Of a stretch of 64,000 nucleotides of DNA, positions 53,576 through 64,000 are shown one piece after another. The notes beneath the pieces are model-generated. The model made no database searches, was not told the DNA's origin, and saw only the letters and a program-made list of their open reading frames with translations. The first letter of the stretch is position 1, and each line of letters opens with the position of its first letter. Origin of the DNA: Eledone cirrhosa (Eukaryota). A program made the position numbers and the translations under genes. The stretch lies in the NCBI GenBank assembly GCA_964016885.1, contig OZ024740.1, positions 53,878,001-53,942,000 on the forward strand. The letters are read 5' to 3'.

Positions 53576-53804
53576 TTATTTATTTTAATTATCAAAATAC
53601 TTTTACATTAACATATTGACAAAGAACAGAAAAACAGATTAAAAGAAAATAAATAAAAATGTAAACAACAAACGGGTAATGAGGACGGAGATAACTCTAT
53701 ACCGTTGGCTGGACAATCTCTTTCAGTAGCGCTCTCATCAGAAGTATTATTTACGTCTGATTGATATAAAATGAAATGTTCTATTATTATTTTCGGCGTT
53801 CATA

Positions 53805-53910
53805 GAAGAAGAAAAAGAAAAAGAAAAAGAAAAAGAAAAAGAAAAAGAAAAAGAAAAAGAAGAAGAAGAAGAAGAAGAAGAAGACGACGACGACGACGAA
53901 GATGAAGAAT
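53805..53910. repeat. (GAAAAA)n-(GAA)n-(GAC)n microsatellite
   Basis: Directly visible. Confidence 0.95.
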
Positions 53911-54312
53911 AAGAAAGAGAAGATAGTTATATTATAATTCTCTCATCCTAAGACTATAAAAACATTAACGCTAAAAACACTGAACTTCGAACAAACGAAA
54001 AAACGCATACATGGTCGTACGATATGCTAGAAATAGCAACGAGATAAAGCGAATAACATGTACTAGATTTTTCAAAATAAAATCGTTAGATGCATTATTG
54101 TATAAGGTATACCGTATCTGAATCAACTAAAATATTCGTCATAATAGGTCTGCTCTATCGGGGCCTAATTTCGGACTAAAACAACCACAGCATTAACACC
54201 ATTATCGATATTGAGATCCACTTGGAGCCTCTCAGTCGCAAACAATTTTTTATTCTTGTCACATAGAACAGGTAAAATTGCTTTGGCGGTTAGTTTAGAT
54301 GCATATCATTAT

Positions 54313-54500
54313 TGGTGGATTGGCAGCATCGGTAGAGGGTCGGACACCATGCTTTGCAGCATAGTGACACTCCTTTATGGTCTGAGTTCAAATCACGCCG
54401 AGGTTAACTTTGCCTTTCATCCTTACGAGGTCGATACAATAAAGGACCAGTAATGCACTGGGATAATTGCTGGCTTTGTGCCTAAAGTAGAAAGAATTAT
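54313..54500 (+). mobile_element. tRNA-derived SINE S1
   Basis: Matches the S1 consensus. Confidence 0.88.
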
Positions 54501-54876
54501 TAACTTTATTGCAAAAGTCATTTTGTAATTTTACACATTTTGAAATAGAAACTTGCTTTTTATTGGTGAACCTAATTATATCAGACAGCACACAAAAATG
54601 AAGAATTGGAGACATTTGAAGATAGGTTAACCCGAAAACTAATCACCATATATAATAAGTCAGGAAATGGACAAAGAAAAAAAATGAACAAAAATGTTTG
54701 CAGAAATTAAACCACATACTACTAGGATACATGAGGAGTGCATTTCACCGATTCACTAACACGTAATACGCCTCCGTTAGAAGCTTCACATTCGACGCTA
54801 AAAACATAAACAATATTCCGTTAATTTGCGACTATTAATTGTCAGCTATTGATTATAGTTTTCAAGTATTATTTAT

Positions 54877-55060
54877 GAATTGGCAGTATCGGTAGAGGGT
54901 TGGACGCCATGTTTTCTAGCATAGTTACTTCACTTTACAGTCTGAGTTCAAATCCCACCGAGGTTAACTTTGCCTTTCATCCTTACGGGGTTGATAAAAT
55001 AAAGTACCAGTAATGTACTGGGTAATTGCTGGCCTTGTGCCTAAAGTAAAAACAATTATT
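54877..55060 (+). mobile_element. tRNA-derived SINE S1
   Basis: Matches the S1 consensus. Confidence 0.88.
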
Positions 55061-55337
55061 TACAGTTACCCACCTTACGGTTAAAATATTTTCAAATTTC
55101 AAATTACTGCAATACTTCGGAAATTAACCAAATATAGTTTAGAAATTGGTGCTCAGTAGTGCTGGTGTTTTAGTGCAATGGTTAAATGTACTCTTTCGAG
55201 ATGTGAGATAGGCGTGGTTTGATTTTTCAGCCATCTCTATCCATATTTCTCCGTCTCCTGGGGTACTATATTTAACTAATTCAACAATTATTTATTGTTA
55301 TCAATTATGGTTTATCTGCATTGTTGAGAACCTAATT

Positions 55338-55381
<44 letters not shown>

Positions 55382-55385
<4 letters not shown>

Positions 55386-56399
55386 GATATTAATAAATGG
55401 AAACTATATTTATAAAACCATATTTATTTCATTATACATATTTCAGGGAAACCACATTAAATTATGGTATGCCTTCATCAGACAAAATACAATATATAAC
55501 AGTTTTACAAATAGCTTTGACGTACCCTTTTAAAATGCAACCATTACTTTTGGGGGCTGTCTGGATAGTGATTTGTTTATATTATTTTAATAAGTCATAG
55601 TGTTAAGCACAATTAGAAAAAGACGGAGAGAAAGAAAAAAAGAAAAAAAGAAAAAAAGAAAGAAGACGGAGAGAGAGAAAGAAAACCTGGAGAAATATCG
55701 GAGAGAGAGAGAAATGTATGGAGAAAAGAAAGAGATAAATAAAGATAGGAGGAAATAAAAAAGAAAGAAAAAAGGAAGAAATAAGAAAAACAAAGGAAAG
55801 CAACAGAGATATATCAAGTCATCATACAGATAGAAAAACTCAAGAGAGAGAAATACTATATAGAGAGAGGGGGAGACAATGAAAACTTTATCTCTCTGTT
55901 GCTTTCCTTTGTTTTTCTTATTTCTTCCTTTTTTCTTTCTTTTTTATTTCCTCCTATCTTTATTTATCTCTTTCTTTTCTCCATACATTTCTCTCTCTCT
56001 CTCTCCGATATTTCTCCAGGTTTTCTTTCTCTCTCTCTGTCTTCTTTCTTTTTTTCTTTTTTTCTTTCTCTCTGACTTTTTCTAATTGTGCTTAACACTG
56101 ACTTATTAAAATAATATAAACAAATCACTATCCAGACAGCATCCAAAAGTAATGGTTGCATTTTAAAAGGGTACGCCAAAGCTATTTGTAAAACTGTTAT
56201 ATATTGTATTTTGTTTGATGAAGGCATACCATAATTTAATGTGGTATCCCTGAAATATGTATAATGAAATAAATATGGTTTTATAAATATAGTTTCCATT
56301 TATTAATATCGTATATCTACTCCAAAAACTTGTTGAGTGCTTTATAGCAGTTATTAAAATATTTACTTGTTGTATCCCAACAAATTTAAATAGAACTTT

Positions 56400-56402
<3 letters not shown>
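55382..56402. mobile_element. Fold-back element (F1-related), ~430-bp inverted arms with HHRs at 55426-55488 (-) and 56207-56270 (+)
   Basis: 55382-55812 is the reverse complement of 55890-56315; CTGATGA-aggcataccat..gtggtttccct-GAAA-tatgta-TA; flanked by pure (TA)n. Confidence 0.88.
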
Positions 56403-56489
<87 letters not shown>

Positions 56490-56492
<3 letters not shown>

Positions 56493-57310
56493 ACATACAT
56501 ATATGTATACAGACGTACAGTAGTATGTATATATATATACATACATGCACACATATATATATATATGTACGTATGGATTCACCGAACATTTATTAAAATG
56601 TTTGGTTTGTTTGTAAACAAACAGCCCGAATTAAGCCGTACAGTTTTCGGCAACCTTTTGTTCAACACTGACAAAGGAACGATGAACTAGTTTCAAGCTT
56701 ATTGGCTATCGTCAGCATCGTATACCTTCCTGTCAGATGATTGAACGTTTGAAAGTGTATACTTTCCTTATGCATATTAACGGCTGAGTAGCCTAATTTG
56801 CATATCGAGTCAGTTAGTTGCCCGGCCGTACCGAAAACGATAAATGAAAAAGAATGAAACGAAATTTCATTTCTCACTCTTAGTACGGCTGATACTTAAA
56901 TATAAGTATGTATACGTATATACATATATGTATACAGACGTACAGTAGTATGTATATATATACATACATGCACACATATATGTATATATGTACGTATGGG
57001 TTTACCGAACATTTATTATAATGTTCAGTTTGTTTGTAAACAAACAGCCCGAATTAAGCCGTACAATGTTCGGCAACCATCGTTGCCCTTTTGTTCAACA
57101 CTGACAAAGGAACGATGAACTAGTTTCAAGCTTATTAGCTCTCGCCAGCATCGAATACCTTCCTGTCAGATGATTGAACGTTTAAGTATCAGCCTTACTA
57201 AGAATGAGAAATGAAATTTCGTTTAATTCTTTTCCATTTATCGTTTTCGGTACGCCCGGCCGACTAACTCACTCGATATGCAAATTAGGCTGCTCAGCCG
57301 TTAATATGAG
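56490..57310. repeat. Tandem duplication (~420 bp) whose distal 130 bp is inverted in the second copy
   Basis: 56495-56750 matches 56920-57183; 56773-56900 is the reverse complement of 57181-57308. Confidence 0.85.
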
Positions 57311-57314
57311 TGTG

Positions 57315-57380
<66 letters not shown>

Positions 57381-57555
57381 AACAAGTATGACCCCGACGG
57401 CAGAGCTCAAGCCGTATCGATGGCTAATTCAGGACGTCGAAACGGCTTGAGCTCTGCTGTTGGAGCCATACTTGCTCCTATTACCCACTCTACTACCCTA
57501 AGTATTGAGTACTTGGTGCGTTGTAGTCCATCTGGTTCCTTACCACATTTCCTTC

Positions 57556-58859
<1,304 letters not shown>

Positions 58860-58860
<1 letters not shown>

Positions 58861-59915
58861 GGTGGCTGCCAACTCGTTTTCGAGTATGGCCACTACTTTA
58901 TATCCATGTAGGAGAACCCCTACCGATGCGCTGAACGAGTGTGGCCTTTTAGTCCAGCTAGCGACTTGAAAACTCTGGTACAAACACTACACTTGTGACA
59001 ATTATTGACACCTAGTGCTGGGCCCATGGTACCATGTGACCCAAGGTGTCGTGTGAGATCACTACTCGACCTGCATATCCTTCCACAAACATCACATGTC
59101 GTCGTCTGATGAACACTTATAGCTCCACAGGTGCCTGCTTCCCTGTTCTTGTGCACTCTCAGGTGACTCTTTAGACCTGCCATGGTCAGACAAACCCTAT
59201 TACAGGTCTCACATGTCAGGTTAGGCCGTCTGTCAATGCCTTCGGGAAGGCCAACATGGATTCCTTTCCGGACATATCTTTTTTATGTCGCGTGCCTTCT
59301 TCTTGTTTCCTCAAATAGACTCTTTCCTCTAGCCACTGCTTTCCACCAATGCGATCGGTCGCTAGCGCATGCTTCCCAGTGCTCACAAGGGATGTTACTT
59401 TTCTTGAGTGCCCCCTTGATGCAGTCCTTAAAACGCATCTTGGGTTTGCTCGCGTTCCTTTTTCCCATTTGGTGGTACCATGTGACGACAAGTGCAGAGA
59501 GATCTCCAGATATAAAGCAATGCCTGTGCCGTGAAGCTTTTATAGTGAGCAAAGGCACTGCACAGAGCCAGTCCCACTCTCTTGACCAAGATGATATTTA
59601 CGAAAAAGAAGAACAAGTCAACCTCATTGGATACCATCAGGGTTGCAGGTGTTATATCAGAGTTTTCCTTCTCCTAGAATTCTGCCTTGACAAAGGCTAA
59701 GGGGTCATCTCTCATGGTGATTTTGGATGGCCATTGACTCTTAAGAGCTCCTTTGCCCTTTGACAGGTTTTGTTTTTAGTCCTGCAGGATGTCCAAAGTC
59801 ACCCGCCTCACCAAGAAACCTTGGTGGGGTTGCCAGTTTAGTCGCCAACGACCCGACCATGAGACAGGTTGTACTGGAATACATGTTACCAATAGCACCA
59901 ACTGGTGACCTGACA
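58860..59915 (-). mobile_element. Internally deleted RTE element: 5' region plus ORF C-terminus with three C2H2 zinc fingers
   Basis: GKRNASKPKMRFKDCIK..WEACASDRSHWWKAV (RTE C-terminus), then [51 protein letters not shown]. Confidence 0.82.
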
Positions 59916-60100
59916 TACACATATATACATATATATATATATGTATAAATATATATACATATATACATATATATATACATATATACATATATATATATAC
60001 ATATATACACATATATACATATATATACATATATATACATATATATATATATATAAATATATACATATATATACATATATATATATATATACATATATAC

Positions 60101-60143
<43 letters not shown>

Positions 60144-60198
60144 TACATATATACATATATATATATATACATATATACTTATATATATATACATATAT

Positions 60199-60229
<31 letters not shown>

Positions 60230-60239
60230 CATATATATC

Positions 60240-60295
<56 letters not shown>

Positions 60296-60299
60296 TAGT

Positions 60300-60333
<34 letters not shown>

Positions 60334-60343
60334 CATATATAGT

Positions 60344-60375
<32 letters not shown>

Positions 60376-60440
60376 CATATATAGTTATATATATATACAT
60401 ATATACACATATATACATATATATATATACATATATACAC

Positions 60441-60539
<99 letters not shown>

Positions 60540-60602
60540 CATACATACATACAAACATTCTTACTGCTATCAAAAAACCACTCCCTCAACTATTCTTCTA
60601 AC

Positions 60603-60678
<76 letters not shown>

Positions 60679-60912
60679 TTAGAAACACACAGATACATGC
60701 GGACACACACATATATACATGAATGCATCCGCACCCAACTGTGAGTTAAGGGTGCCAACTTCACCGATGTTGCTCAATGAATGACTGGGACAGACTAATT
60801 CAGTTTGAACCAGACTGAACCAGTATCAGATTTAAAAATACATTATGAAGAGAGAAGAAACATTTAGATATAATTAGTAATAAAATGTATCATACCTAAA
60901 CTGTTCCTAAAT

Positions 60913-61000
60913 TCCTCGACTACGTAGTTTCGTGGCATAAACAAAAACAATATATCAAAGATATAGAGTCCTTGCGAGGTCTGCCGACTTATCAAGAGGA
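60913..61000 (-). ncRNA. Type I hammerhead motif, U3-A8 core variant
   Basis: tcctc-TTGATAA-gtcggca...tgccac-GAAA-ctacgtag-TC-gagga; perfect 5-bp stem I, palindromic stem III, GUC. Confidence 0.78.
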
Positions 61001-61106
61001 TACCTCATTTTACTAGTCTCAAGAACGCGTCTACACGACGTGAGAAAGAATCCCAAAGGCGGAGGGGGAGACAGTCACGCGATATAACGGTCGAGAAACA
61101 GAGCTA

Positions 61107-61167
<61 letters not shown>

Positions 61168-61169
61168 CA

Positions 61170-61510
61170 GATGGAGGCACATGGCTTAGTGGTTAGAGCA
61201 TTGGCCTTGCAATCGAAAGGTTGTGAGTTCAATTCTCAGATCGGGTGATGTGTTGTTTCCTTGAGCAAGACACTTTATTTCACATTGCTCCAGTTTACTC
61301 AGCTGTAGAAATGAGATGATAGGGATTGGGGTCCCTAACATTCCACTGGAAAGTGGTCGTGCAGGTGCCACGGCAAAAAAGCACCCAGCACTCACTGTAA
61401 ATGAGGTTGGTGTTTGGAAGGGCATCCAGCTGTAGAAATCAAGCCAGAATCAGTTCCCGTCCCACCCTTGCAAGCAGGGAAAAAGCGGACGTAAAATGAA
61501 ATGATGATGA
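61170..61510 (+). mobile_element. Full-length CORE-type tRNA SINE (S2) with LINE-like tail and (TGA)n end
   Basis: tggcttagtggttagag A box, gagttcaattc B box, ccttgagcaagacacttt CORE-like block, ..aagcggacgtaaaatgaaatgatgatga. Confidence 0.85.
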
Positions 61511-61579
61511 TATATATATATATATATACATACATATATATACATATATATATATACATATATACATATATATATATAC

Positions 61580-61676
<97 letters not shown>

Positions 61677-61757
61677 CATATATATACATATATATATATA
61701 TACATATATATACATATATATATATATACATATATATACATATATACATATATATAA

Positions 61758-61808
<51 letters not shown>

Positions 61809-61809
61809 C

Positions 61810-61860
<51 letters not shown>

Positions 61861-61949
61861 CATATATATACATATATATAAATATATATACGTACATACA
61901 AAAATTCTTACTGCTATCAAAAAACCACTCCCTCAACTATTCTTCTAAC

Positions 61950-64000
<2,051 letters not shown>

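Noticed and set aside
57410-57445. gccgTA...GAAAcggc as a permuted or type III hammerhead
   Set aside because: No CUGANGA with a complementary stem I nearby; simply part of a long hairpin

Overview
AT-rich, repeat-saturated eukaryotic DNA with no recognisable host exon. The SINE families and the very long (TA)n/(TACA)n arrays suggest a coleoid cephalopod, probably Octopus (inference only). Contents: four Penelope-like retroelements (PLEs; RT plus GIY-YIG) from about three clades packed into 23.4-37.7 kb, plus a 3' PLE fragment at 11.9-13.7 kb. Also present are decayed RTE, R4/Dong and L1/Tx1-like LINE fragments, about 15 tRNA-derived SINE copies, a Helentron-type (HINE) element, many fold-back non-autonomous elements and microsatellites. 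Most long ORFs in the track are microsatellite artefacts. The hidden layer is RNA structure. About 15 ordinary type-I hammerhead ribozyme (HHR) motifs sit in PLE-type termini, two of them with the compensatory U3-A8 core. Most notably, six copies in three divergent sub-families form a hammerhead whose three strands are in a NON-circularly permuted, pseudoknotted order: [stem III-NUH-stem I], then [GAAA-stem III'], then [stem I'-CUGANGA]. Stem I covaries between sub-families (ctgtaa/ttacag, tggtct/agatca, tgattt/aaatca). Two sub-families carry a box C/D-type kink-turn under stem III, and two copies bracket a 753-nt non-coding retrozyme-like unit. All structures were read by eye; no folding or database search was run, and element boundaries are approximate.
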